DNA from: a candidate division FCPU426 bacterium
Lineage (GTDB): Bacteria; Oederibacteriota; Muellerivitia; Muellerivitales; Muellerivitaceae
Assembly: GCA_963719085.1 (NCBI GenBank)
Contig: CAVRAL010000004.1
Location: 32,001-96,000, forward strand
Direction of reading: 5' to 3'
DNA: 64,000 nt
In this document: positions 19,088-27,749 of the stretch, piece by piece
Layout of the letters: each line of letters starts with the position of its first letter
Position numbering within the stretch: position 1 is the first letter of the stretch
Notes under the pieces: model-generated
What the model saw: the letters and a program-made list of their open reading frames with translations, nothing else
What the model was told of the DNA's origin: nothing
Databases searched by the model: none
Program-made: the position numbers and the translations under genes

Positions 19088-19117
19088 AGTATACGAACGT
19101 ATATATTTAAATTTCAA
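19088..19117 (-). promoter_or_regulatory. sigma70 promoter for the small RNA
   Basis: TTGAAA (19112-19117)-N18-TATACT (19088-19093) on the - strand, with no ORF downstream. Confidence 0.65.
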
Positions 19118-19119
19118 TA

Positions 19120-19341
19120 CTAATTTTTATTCCATCTTTTCAATGCGGCTTTTTTGGCTATTTTACTGCGTTTTTCAGGGCTTAAAGCCAAGGCTCTAGC
19201 CTTCCCTCCTACAAGACCCCCTTTTCGGCCAATATGAGCCATAATTCGGCTTATATCCTCTTTTGAAGGCTCTTCTGTGGCATTTTGGGCTATCTGGAAG
19301 GCTAGGGAGTTAAGGTCTGGCGAGGGGGTCTTTTTTTTCAT
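19120..19341 (-). CDS. Small basic protein (KGG-type, often annotated histone-H1-like) typical of IS1/IS1595 cargo elements
   Basis: 73 aa, Lys-rich; GRKGGLVGGKARALALSPEKRSKIAKKAALKRW. Confidence 0.75.
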   Translation of the reverse strand: MKKKTPSPDLNSLAFQIAQNATEEPSKEDISRIMAHIGRKGGLVGGKARALALSPEKRSKIAKKAALKRWNKN

Positions 19342-19347
19342 AGACCC

Positions 19348-19380
19348 ATTTTAAGTCTAATTCCGTGAGCGGTCAAGCAT
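19348..19380 (-). promoter_or_regulatory. sigma70 promoter of the small basic protein, overlapped by the TGACCGCTCA motif
   Basis: TTGACC (19371-19376)-N17-TAAAAT (19348-19353), 6 nt before the ATG. Confidence 0.65.
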
Positions 19381-19434
19381 ACTGTTTTTGTGGGGATTTT
19401 TCAGGGATTCAAATTGACCCACTACCCACTAATG

Positions 19435-19452
19435 GGTAGTGGGTCAATTTGA
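19435..19452 (+). repeat. Third, orphan copy of the transposon terminal repeat
   Basis: GGTAGTGGGTCAATTTGA (18 bp identical to the left TIR) immediately after the right TSD; the sequence that follows differs from the element interior. Confidence 0.85.
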
Positions 19453-19630
19453 GCATAAGCCTACAATTTCGTCAATTCTCAAAAAAATGTCATTTTCTTC
19501 CGGACCCGCTTCCGCCACCCCTTTTTGGCCGAATGGACGTCTAATCGATCAAACCACTAGATTGGAGTTGATGCTTGACGGGCGCTTGATCAAAATAAGC
19601 CCCGTTCCATCTCAAGTTCAAGACCGGCCC

Positions 19631-20905
19631 ATGAAAAAAACAACCACGCTTTCACTCATCGCTTTCTTCCTGCTGCCTCTCATGGCGGTCGCCCAGGAAG
19701 TCCTGACTTGGGATCAAGCCCTTAAAGAAGCCGCCCTCAACAACCGGGACCTGAAATCCGCGGAGCAAACCGTCAAGGCCAACGAGGACGCCCACCAGGC
19801 CGCTTTAGGCCAGTTTTTCCCGCAAATTTCTCTAAACGCTTCGCTCAACCGCTCCGGCGATGGAGGCCTCAACAATGCGCTAAACTCTTCTCTCTATACT
19901 CAAGGCGCGAGTCTGGCCTTGACCGCCCAGCAAGATATTTTTTCAGGGCTAAAGGACATCGCGTCGGTTGATGCCTCCAACGCCCAAGTGGATATCGCCC
20001 GCGCCGAGCTGACCCAAGCCAAGTCGCAAGTTTCCCATGACCTCAAAAGCGCCTTCTATCAATTGCTCTTTTCCCAACAACAAATCGATTTGCTCCAACA
20101 GATCCTGACCCGGGACAAGGCCAACCAAGACTTGGTTCAAATGAACTTTGACGGCGGCACCGATAACAAGGGTTCTTTGCTTCAAGCCCAGGCCGCCGTG
20201 GCCCAGGACCAATTTTCCGTGGACCAGGCCCAAAGGGCCCTCAAGGTCGCCGAGCGCCAATTGGACCAGGTTTTGGGCCGAAGCCCCATGGCCGATATCA
20301 CGGTCACGGGCGATTTTGAGATCCCCACCCTGCCGGACAGCGCCCCTGATTTTTTAAAAATGACCGCCTTGACGCCCGCCCACCTCCAAGCCGTGGCCCA
20401 GCTGGGCCTGGCCGACAGCCAATATGTCACGGACCGCGGCAACTTCCTGCCCACGCTTTCGGCCAACGCCTCCCTTTTTCAAAGCGGTTGGAATTTTGAC
20501 GAGACCCAACCCGGCTGGTCCGCGGGGCTTCAACTCAGCCTGCCGGTCTTTACCGGGGGGAAAAATCTTTTCACCTTCAAGAGCGCCGAGGATTCCAGAC
20601 AAGGAGTCGAGGATCAGTTGGAAAGCTCCGACATGAAAACCGAGCAAGGTTTGGAAAGCGCCTACGCTTCCTATCAAGACGCCGTGGACGAGATAAAAGT
20701 CCAGCAGTTCCAGGTGCAGGCGGCCCAGACCCAGGAAGAAATCGCCAAAGCCGAATATTTGAACGGACTTTTGATTTTCCAAAACTGGAACCAGATCGAA
20801 AGCGCCTTGACGAACCAGCAGAAACAACAACTGTCCGACATGCTCACCATTAAAACAGCCGAAGCCAATTGGGAATTGGCCGAGGGAAAGGGAGATATTC
20901 CATGA
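19631..20905 (+). CDS. TolC-family outer-membrane efflux protein
   Basis: Signal peptide MKKTTTLSLIAFFLLPLMAVA; two OEP repeats (FFPQISL, FLPTLSA). Confidence 0.88.
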   Translation: MKKTTTLSLIAFFLLPLMAVAQEVLTWDQALKEAALNNRDLKSAEQTVKANEDAHQAALGQFFPQISLNASLNRSGDGGLNNALNSSLYTQGASLALTAQQDIFSGLKDIASVDASNAQVDIARAELTQAKSQVSHDLKSAFYQLLFSQQQIDLLQQILTRDKANQDLVQMNFDGGTDNKGSLLQAQAAVAQDQFSVDQAQRALKVAERQLDQVLGRSPMADITVTGDFEIPTLPDSAPDFLKMTALTPAHLQAVAQLGLADSQYVTDRGNFLPTLSANASLFQSGWNFDETQPGWSAGLQLSLPVFTGGKNLFTFKSAEDSRQGVEDQLESSDMKTEQGLESAYASYQDAVDEIKVQQFQVQAAQTQEEIAKAEYLNGLLIFQNWNQIESALTNQQKQQLSDMLTIKTAEANWELAEGKGDIP

Positions 20906-21873
20906 GGACCCCAACTAACCTAACGGCGGCGGCCTTGGCGCTGCTGATTTTGACGGGCTGCGCGGCCAAAAAACACACCGGCGGGTTTAAAACTGTGGTC
21001 GTCGGGCGGGATGATCTTCAGATCACGGTATTGGCCACCGGCAACGTCCAACCGCAAAACCAGTTGGCGATCTTGCCGCCCATATCGGGGCGGATTGAGA
21101 AGATTTTCATCCGTGAGGGTGATTATGTGAAAAAGGGCCAAAAGTTGATGGAACTCAGTTCCAGCGAAAGGGCCACCCTTTTGGATGAGGCTTCCGCCAA
21201 GGGCCCGGATGAATTGGCGCACTGGGAACAGCTTTATCAGGCCACCCCCCTGCTGGCCCCGGAAAACGGCCAGATCATCTACCTCCCCACGGTTCCGGGC
21301 CAAATCGTAAGCCCCAGCGTCACCCTCATGGTCATGTCGGACCATTTGATCGTCAATACCCAGGTGGATGAGACCGATCTGGCCCAGGTCAAATTAAACG
21401 AGGACGCCACCATCGACTTGGACGCTTATCCGGACCAGGATATCGACGCCAAGGTGCGCCGCATCTCTTACCAATCGACCTTGGTGAATAATGTGACCAC
21501 TTATGAGGTGGACGTTTGGCCCAACAAAGTGCCCGCTTTCATGCGAAGCGGCATGACCGCCAATGTCACCTTCAACGTGGCGGAAAAAGACAATGTCCTG
21601 GTGGTGCCTTCCGAGGCCATTCAATCCACCTCGGACGGCCAGTCTTATGTTTTGATGGCCCCGGCCAAACCGGGTGATAAACCCACGACGCAAACCATCC
21701 AAACCGGCATTACGGACGGAAAAGAAACCGAAATCACCTCCGGCTTAAAAGAAGGCGACAAGATCGTCATCAAGACCTTCGCCGCGGGTCAATATTCGGG
21801 CGCCACCAACGCGACCAACCCCTTCATGCCCAGCATCAAAACCGGCGGTGGCGGCCGGGGCGGAAATCACTAA
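20902..21873 (+). CDS. macA: MacA-like periplasmic adaptor lipoprotein
   Basis: Lipobox LLILTGC; SGRIEKIFIREGDYVKKGQ; MRSGMTANV; ITSGLKEGDKIV. Confidence 0.8.
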   Translation: MRTPTNLTAAALALLILTGCAAKKHTGGFKTVVVGRDDLQITVLATGNVQPQNQLAILPPISGRIEKIFIREGDYVKKGQKLMELSSSERATLLDEASAKGPDELAHWEQLYQATPLLAPENGQIIYLPTVPGQIVSPSVTLMVMSDHLIVNTQVDETDLAQVKLNEDATIDLDAYPDQDIDAKVRRISYQSTLVNNVTTYEVDVWPNKVPAFMRSGMTANVTFNVAEKDNVLVVPSEAIQSTSDGQSYVLMAPAKPGDKPTTQTIQTGITDGKETEITSGLKEGDKIVIKTFAAGQYSGATNATNPFMPSIKTGGGGRGGNH

Positions 21874-21886
21874 ATAAAAACCAAAA

Positions 21887-21976
21887 GCTCACGCAAAGAC
21901 GCCAAGAAAGCCAAGAAGCTCATAAAGTAATTTGAATAAAATGAATTGAAGACTTCCTTTGCTTCTTTGCGTGAGC
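21887..21976. repeat. Intergenic REP-like palindromic element
   Basis: 13-bp perfect inverted repeat GCTCACGCAAAGA/TCTTTGCGTGAGC with internal GCCAAG iterations. Confidence 0.65.
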
Positions 21977-22005
21977 GGTTTTTTAAATCTGCGAAAGAGA
22001 AACCT

Positions 22006-23988
22006 TTGAGCGTTATCGAGATTAAAGACATTTATAAGGTCTATAAGATGGGCGATACCGAAGTGCGCGCCCTCAACGGCGTATCGCTCAAGATCGAACC
22101 CGGCGAGTTCGTGGCCATCATGGGCGCCTCAGGGTCGGGCAAATCGACCATGCTTCAAATTTTAGGACTGTTGGATGTGCCGGATTCGGGTTCTTACAAA
22201 CTTTTAGGCCGTGAGGTTTCGAGTTTAAAAGAAGACGATCTGGCCGCGATCCGAAGCCAAACCTTGGGATTCGTCTTCCAGCAATTTAACCTCTTGGCGC
22301 GGACTTCGGCCTTGGAAAATGTCTCGCTTCCCCTGCTTTACGCCGATCCCCGCCAACCCCACGGCGACCCCAAAAAATTGCTGAAAATGGTGGGGCTGGG
22401 CGAGCGCATGGACCATAAACCCAATGAACTTTCCGGCGGTCAACAGCAGCGTGTGGCCATCGCCCGAGCGCTGACTAACCAGCCCAAACTGATCCTGGCG
22501 GATGAGCCCACGGGAAACTTGGACTCTAAAAGCTCGGAGGATATCATCGGCTTTTTAGGTCAGATGAACGCCGAGGGTATCACCGTGGTCCTGGTCACCC
22601 ATGAGCCGGATATCGCCGCGCACGCCCGGCGAATCATCATGATGAAAGACGGAAAGGTTTTGACCGATAAGAAAAATCCCAAATCTAAAATTCCGGCGCC
22701 CCGAAACGTGAGGGTTCCCGATCTTAAAAAATCCTCAAAAGCCCACGCCTCCGTAAGTTTGGCGCAGACCAAGGAATATTTTAAACAAGCCCTTCGGGCC
22801 CTCATGGCCAACAAGGTCCGTTCCGCGCTCTCGGTTTTGGGCATCCTGATCGGCGTGGCCGCCGTCATCGCCATGCTGGCGATCGGGACCGGCGCTAAAA
22901 AATCCCTCGAGCAGCAGTTATCTTCCCTCGGGACCAACTTACTGATCCTCATGCCGGGGTCCCTCCAAGTCGGAGGAGTCCAGCAAGGCGTGGGCGGCAC
23001 CAGCCGCATCACCTTGAAAGACGCGGACGCGGTGGCGACGGTTCCCATGGTCAAACGCATCGCGCCCGAAGTTTCGGGCCATGTTCAAGTGACCTACGCC
23101 GATAAAAATTGGAGCACGTCGCTCACCGGCACCACGCCCAATTACGCCGAAATGAAAGCCGACGTCCCGATCTATGGCCGGTTCATTACCCAGGACGACG
23201 TGAAAAACCGCAAACGGGTCGCCCTGTTGGGTCTCACCGTCATCAAAAATCTTTTCGGGGACAACGCCAATCCGGTCGGGGAATGGATCAAAATCAACCG
23301 GGACAGTTTTCAAGTCGTGGGTGTTTTGCCGGTGAAGGGTTCCAACGGCTTTCAAGATAGGGATGACACCATTGTGGTGCCGGTCACCACCGCCATGTAC
23401 CGGCTCTTCGGCAAACAATACGTCAACCTGGTGGATATCGAGGCCGATAACGCCCAGGACACGGGCACGGTCCAAACCGCGGTGATCGATTTTATGGTGG
23501 CCTTAAAACACATCACCGGTACGGCGCAAAACCCGGCCTCCAACGCTTTTCAAGTGCGGAACATGGCTGATATTCAGGCCACTTTAAGCGCCTCCACCCA
23601 GATCATGACCATCCTTTTAGCCTCCATCGCGGCCATCTCACTTTTCGTGGGCGGCATCGGCATCATGAACATCATGTTGGTCTCGGTCACCGAACGCACC
23701 CGGGAAATCGGCCTGCGAAAAGCCATCGGCGCGCGCCGGGTGGACATTCTTTCCCAATTTTTGATCGAATCGGTGGCCGTCAGCCTTTTGGGCGGCGTGA
23801 TCGGAATCATTCTGGGCTGGGTCGTTAAGTTTTTAGTTTCCGAATTCGCCGGCTGGCCCACCATCGTCACCGAGACATCCGTATTAATGGCCTTTGGATT
23901 TTCATTCCTGGTGGGCATCGTCTTCGGCATCTGGCCCGCCTACAAGGCCTCGCGCCTAAGTCCCATCCTGGCCCTGCGGTACGAATAG
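22006..23988 (+). CDS. macB: MacB-like ABC transporter (fused ATPase and permease)
   Basis: GASGSGKST, LSGGQQQRVAIARAL, ILADEPTGNLD, GGIGIMNIMLVSVTERTREIG. TTG 22006 is the likelier start because the 21946 start lies inside the repeat. Confidence 0.9.
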   Translation: MSVIEIKDIYKVYKMGDTEVRALNGVSLKIEPGEFVAIMGASGSGKSTMLQILGLLDVPDSGSYKLLGREVSSLKEDDLAAIRSQTLGFVFQQFNLLARTSALENVSLPLLYADPRQPHGDPKKLLKMVGLGERMDHKPNELSGGQQQRVAIARALTNQPKLILADEPTGNLDSKSSEDIIGFLGQMNAEGITVVLVTHEPDIAAHARRIIMMKDGKVLTDKKNPKSKIPAPRNVRVPDLKKSSKAHASVSLAQTKEYFKQALRALMANKVRSALSVLGILIGVAAVIAMLAIGTGAKKSLEQQLSSLGTNLLILMPGSLQVGGVQQGVGGTSRITLKDADAVATVPMVKRIAPEVSGHVQVTYADKNWSTSLTGTTPNYAEMKADVPIYGRFITQDDVKNRKRVALLGLTVIKNLFGDNANPVGEWIKINRDSFQVVGVLPVKGSNGFQDRDDTIVVPVTTAMYRLFGKQYVNLVDIEADNAQDTGTVQTAVIDFMVALKHITGTAQNPASNAFQVRNMADIQATLSASTQIMTILLASIAAISLFVGGIGIMNIMLVSVTERTREIGLRKAIGARRVDILSQFLIESVAVSLLGGVIGIILGWVVKFLVSEFAGWPTIVTETSVLMAFGFSFLVGIVFGIWPAYKASRLSPILALRYE

Positions 23989-24042
23989 GCCTTATCTCCG
24001 GCCCTTTCTTCGAACTTTCCCGGCCCGCTGATCTGTAATATA

Positions 24043-25854
24043 GTGTCCCCTCACTTTATTCCCAAGGTCAGGCCCATGTTCACCTTCAAGCCGGGATGGT
24101 TAAGCCTCCGCCTCTTTTTATTTTTTCTCGTTCCCGCCGTGGGAACATTATGGATCAGCCAATCCATCCTCAACCGGCACCTGAAAAACGCCGTGGTCAA
24201 TGATCCGGATCAAAACCTGGCCCGGGACCTTTCGAACGTCAAATTGAGCTTGGATCAGCAATCCCAGCAATGGCTTTTGAAAGCCTCCCGCGCCGCCGAA
24301 AAAGAAAATTTAAAAAAGGCCCTGACACCGCCTAAATCCAAAACCGCTCATTTAAAATCCTTAGGCGCCGCGGCCCAAACCATCCTTCAGGCGCCCCTCC
24401 TGGTTATGACCGATTCCAAAGCCGGCGTGTTTTTCGACAATTTGGGGCTTTCCAAACCCGCCTCCCAAAACCCGACTCCACAGGCTACCGTGGCCGTCAA
24501 AAATAAGAAATCCGGCGCTTCCCCGCCCCTGCCTTCAATTAAAAATTGGAGCGGCGTCCAAGCCGGCTTAAAAGGCGTCCCCCTCACGGGCGTCTTGGTT
24601 TATCAAAACATCCCTTATTTGGCCGCGTTGGCGCCGGTCCTATCCCACCCCAACGTCGTCGGGCTTATCCTCGCTGGAGCGCCCCTGGACTACGCCTTTA
24701 TTCAAAATTTAAAAAACTCATCCCAAGCCGATTTGGTTCTTTACGTGAATCACAAAATCCAATTCTCCACTCTACCCGCCTCCTATAACCCGGATATCGA
24801 AAGAACACTCGCCACTTCCGCCTTCACTTCCTCGGGCCCCTCGCACCGCAAACCCGTCCATTTGGGTCATCAGGATTATTTGTGGGACGAAGTGGCTTTG
24901 CTTGATTTTGACCAAAACCCCTACGGCGCCCTGGTGGTATTCCAAACCTCCAAGCAAACCCTCACGGTTGAGGGGGATCCGCAAACGACCCTGCTCAAGC
25001 TGGGCCTCTACCTCATTCTTTTGGCCGTCTTTTTATTCGCTTTCACGGCGGCCGATCTTTTATCCAGTCTGGGCCGTCTTCAAAAGGCCGTGAATCAAGT
25101 CACCGAAGGGGACTTGAACCTGACCTTGCCCGAAAAAAGAACCGATGAAATGGGAAAGCTTTACTGGGCCTTCAACGATATGGTCGTGGCCTTGAAGGAA
25201 CGGGAGCGGATTTCACTGGTTTTGGGAAAAGTGCTGGCGCCCCAAATCGCCAAGCGCCTCCTAGCTGATCGGGACCATTTCGCGCTCAAGGGCGAACGGC
25301 GCGAATGCACCCTGCTTTACGCCCAGCTGAAGGGGTTTAACCCTTTGAGCGAGAACCTGCCCCCGGACCAACTGGTGGAAGTCTTGAATCAATATTTTTC
25401 CCTGGCCCATGGCGTAGTCTTTCAACAAGAAGGCATGCTGGATAAATTTATGGGCGAGTCTCTTTTAGCCGTTTGGGGCGCCCCCTACACGCATGAGGAT
25501 AAGGAAGCCCGGGCGGTCAAGACCGCCCAGGGAATCCACAAATCCCTGCAAGAACTCAATATGACCCGGGTGAAAAAGGGCCAATCCGCCTTCCAATGGG
25601 GCATTGGCATTCATACAGGAACGGTCGTCACGGGCAACCTGGGTTCCAACCGGCGCAACGATTACACGGTCATTGGCCCCGCAGTTGAGGTCGCCCGCCG
25701 GCTTTGCGCCAAAGCCTCCCCCGGCCAAACGGTCTTGAGCCAAGAGACTTATGAGAAGGTGGAATCGCTGATCCAGGTCAAAAGCCTGGAAGCCCTTTCC
25801 CTGCCGGATCGGCCCGAACCCCTTCCCCTTTATGAGGTCGTGGAGCTGATTTGA
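24043..25854 (+). CDS. Membrane sensor with HAMP and class III adenylate/guanylate cyclase-like domain (degenerate active site)
   Basis: TM-periplasmic domain-TM; HAMP (DEMGKLYWAFNDM); cyclase fold DKFMG...GIGIHTG...YTVIG. Confidence 0.85.
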   Translation: MSPHFIPKVRPMFTFKPGWLSLRLFLFFLVPAVGTLWISQSILNRHLKNAVVNDPDQNLARDLSNVKLSLDQQSQQWLLKASRAAEKENLKKALTPPKSKTAHLKSLGAAAQTILQAPLLVMTDSKAGVFFDNLGLSKPASQNPTPQATVAVKNKKSGASPPLPSIKNWSGVQAGLKGVPLTGVLVYQNIPYLAALAPVLSHPNVVGLILAGAPLDYAFIQNLKNSSQADLVLYVNHKIQFSTLPASYNPDIERTLATSAFTSSGPSHRKPVHLGHQDYLWDEVALLDFDQNPYGALVVFQTSKQTLTVEGDPQTTLLKLGLYLILLAVFLFAFTAADLLSSLGRLQKAVNQVTEGDLNLTLPEKRTDEMGKLYWAFNDMVVALKERERISLVLGKVLAPQIAKRLLADRDHFALKGERRECTLLYAQLKGFNPLSENLPPDQLVEVLNQYFSLAHGVVFQQEGMLDKFMGESLLAVWGAPYTHEDKEARAVKTAQGIHKSLQELNMTRVKKGQSAFQWGIGIHTGTVVTGNLGSNRRNDYTVIGPAVEVARRLCAKASPGQTVLSQETYEKVESLIQVKSLEALSLPDRPEPLPLYEVVELI

Positions 25855-26957
25855 AAGCGTCCCCGAAACGGTTAGCCCCTTCCCTGCTGAAATGGTACGA
25901 CAAGGCCAAGCGGGATCTGCCTTGGCGTCACACAAGCGACCCCTACGCCATTTTCGTGTCCGAAATGATGCTTCAACAAACCCAAGTCAAAACCGTCATT
26001 CCCTATTACGGCCGCTTCCTCAAAGCCTTTCCCAATTGGAGGTCGCTGGCCAAAGCCGCCCCCGATAAGGTTTTAAAACTTTGGGAAGGCCTGGGCTATT
26101 ACCGAAGGGCGCGCAACCTGCAAGCCGCGGCCCAAATGATCGTGAAAGACTTCCAAGGAAAACTTCCGGATAGTTTGGACGAGATTTTAAAATTGCCCGG
26201 CGTGGGCCGCTATAGCGCGGGCGCCGTGCTTTCCATCGCTTATGGCAAGCCCCTGCCTTTGGTGGACGGCAACGTAATCCGGGTCTTCGCCAGGATTTTT
26301 CTGTTGAAGGGAAACCTAAAGGCTGGCGAGGGCCACCAAAAGGTTTGGCGCCTGGCGGAAGAACAGGTTCCGTCCCAGCGGCCCGGTGATTTTAACCAAG
26401 CCTTGATGGAACTGGGGGCCACCGTCTGCCTTTCGGATAACCCGCTTTGCCTTTTGTGTCCCATGATCTCCCTCTGCGAGGCCTCGCAAAAAGGGCTGCA
26501 AGCCGAATTGCCTGAAAAACTTGAGGCCGATGCCACCGTCGATATTCCCATGATCGGCCTGCTTTTAGAGGACCGGGGAAAGGTTTTGATCAAAAAAAGA
26601 TCCGAGGAAGAAAAATGGCTCAAGGGCATGTGGGAATTTCCGAGCGCCGAGGGTAAAAATTTCGAGGAAGCCCAAAAGAAATTGGAAAAAGAACTCAAGG
26701 CCGCCGTCACACTGACCCTTTTAAAAGAAGTGCGACACCAAATCACCCATCATAAAATTAAGCTTCGTTTTTTCCCGGCCAGGCGCAAATCGTCCAAACC
26801 CTTGGGCCCGGCCTACAAATGGGTCACCCGGACCGAGTTATTAAAATATCCTTTTGCCAGCGCCCAAAACCAGTTACGGGACTGGGTCTTAAAAAACAGC
26901 CCGCCCGAAATAAAAAAAGCGCCCAAAACCAAATCCATCCGGTTTAAGTTGGAATAG
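25851..26957 (+). CDS. mutY: A/G-specific adenine DNA glycosylase
   Basis: RDLPWR, SEMMLQQTQV, WEGLGYYRRARNL, HhH LPGVGRYSAGA, C-x6-C-x2-C-x5-C, NUDIX-like C-terminus. Confidence 0.96.
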   Translation: MKASPKRLAPSLLKWYDKAKRDLPWRHTSDPYAIFVSEMMLQQTQVKTVIPYYGRFLKAFPNWRSLAKAAPDKVLKLWEGLGYYRRARNLQAAAQMIVKDFQGKLPDSLDEILKLPGVGRYSAGAVLSIAYGKPLPLVDGNVIRVFARIFLLKGNLKAGEGHQKVWRLAEEQVPSQRPGDFNQALMELGATVCLSDNPLCLLCPMISLCEASQKGLQAELPEKLEADATVDIPMIGLLLEDRGKVLIKKRSEEEKWLKGMWEFPSAEGKNFEEAQKKLEKELKAAVTLTLLKEVRHQITHHKIKLRFFPARRKSSKPLGPAYKWVTRTELLKYPFASAQNQLRDWVLKNSPPEIKKAPKTKSIRFKLE

Positions 26958-26961
26958 ACGC

Positions 26962-27273
26962 GTGAAATCGCCAAAAGCGCTTCTGGGCATTCTTTTGTTC
27001 TCATTGTTTTTTCACGCTCCGCTTTTCGCTCAGGCTCCATCCTCCGGTGTTCCCCTGTCGCCAACGCCATTTGTTCATGTCCCCTTGGCACAGGCTGAAG
27101 AGGATTACTATCAAAACTCAAACCTTACCAACCATCATCCCCTGCCGCTGGCCGCTTTAGTCTTGATGGGCCTGGCTTGGGGTGGATTTTCCCTGTTTTT
27201 ATTCGCTAAAATCATCCGGTCCAAACCAAGGTCTTCCGATTCAAAAGGAGTCACCAATGAAGAAAAAGACTAA
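26962..27273 (+). CDS. Hypothetical exported/membrane protein
   Basis: Signal peptide and one C-terminal TM helix; fills the gap between mutY and rpiB. Confidence 0.55.
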   Translation: MKSPKALLGILLFSLFFHAPLFAQAPSSGVPLSPTPFVHVPLAQAEEDYYQNSNLTNHHPLPLAALVLMGLAWGGFSLFLFAKIIRSKPRSSDSKGVTNEEKD

Positions 27274-27742
27274 ACCCCCAAAAACAGTCAAAAAACCCGC
27301 GGTGATCGGCATCGCCGCGGACCATGGCGGATTTGAGTTGAAAATAAAAATAACCGAGTTGCTCAAATCCGCCGGCTACAAGCTGGTCGATTTTGGCGCT
27401 TATACCTTGGAGCCGGGAGATGATTTCCCCGATTTTGTGGTTCCCCTGGCCCGGGCCGTGGCGATGGGCAAAGTTTCCAAAGGACTGGCTCTTTGCGGGA
27501 GCGGCGTGGGCGCCTGCGTGGCGGCCAATAAGGTGCGGGGCGCGCGGGCGGCCTTGATTACCGACCCCTTTTCCGCCCATCAAGGCGTTGAGGATGACAA
27601 TATGAACATCATTTGCCTGGGAGGCCGGGTGACCGGTTACGCGCTTTCCTGGGAGCTCACTCAAATTTTCTTAAAGGCCCAGTACAAAGGCGGAGAGCGG
27701 TTTAAACGCCGTTTGGCCAAAATCGCGGTTTTGGAAAAGTAG
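27257..27742 (+). CDS. rpiB: Ribose-5-phosphate isomerase B
   Basis: IAADHGG, LCGSGVG, ANKVRGARAA and NIICLGGRV motifs; SD AAGGAG before ATG 27257. Confidence 0.9.
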   Translation: MKKKTKPPKTVKKPAVIGIAADHGGFELKIKITELLKSAGYKLVDFGAYTLEPGDDFPDFVVPLARAVAMGKVSKGLALCGSGVGACVAANKVRGARAALITDPFSAHQGVEDDNMNIICLGGRVTGYALSWELTQIFLKAQYKGGERFKRRLAKIAVLEK

Positions 27743-27749
27743 GCTTAAA

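Larger units (their letters stand above)
16520..19426. mobile_element. IS1-family transposon carrying passenger genes (2907 bp)
   Basis: Perfect 20-bp terminal inverted repeats GGTAGTGGGTCAATTTGAAT (16520-16539) and ATTCAAATTGACCCACTACC (19407-19426); 8-bp direct repeat CACTAATG on both sides (16512-16519, 19427-19434); IS1-type transposase; visibly AT-richer than the flanks. Confidence 0.92.

Noticed and set aside
19439..19630. N-terminal extension of the TolC ORF
   Set aside because: It starts within the orphan TIR; the signal peptide begins at ATG 19631.
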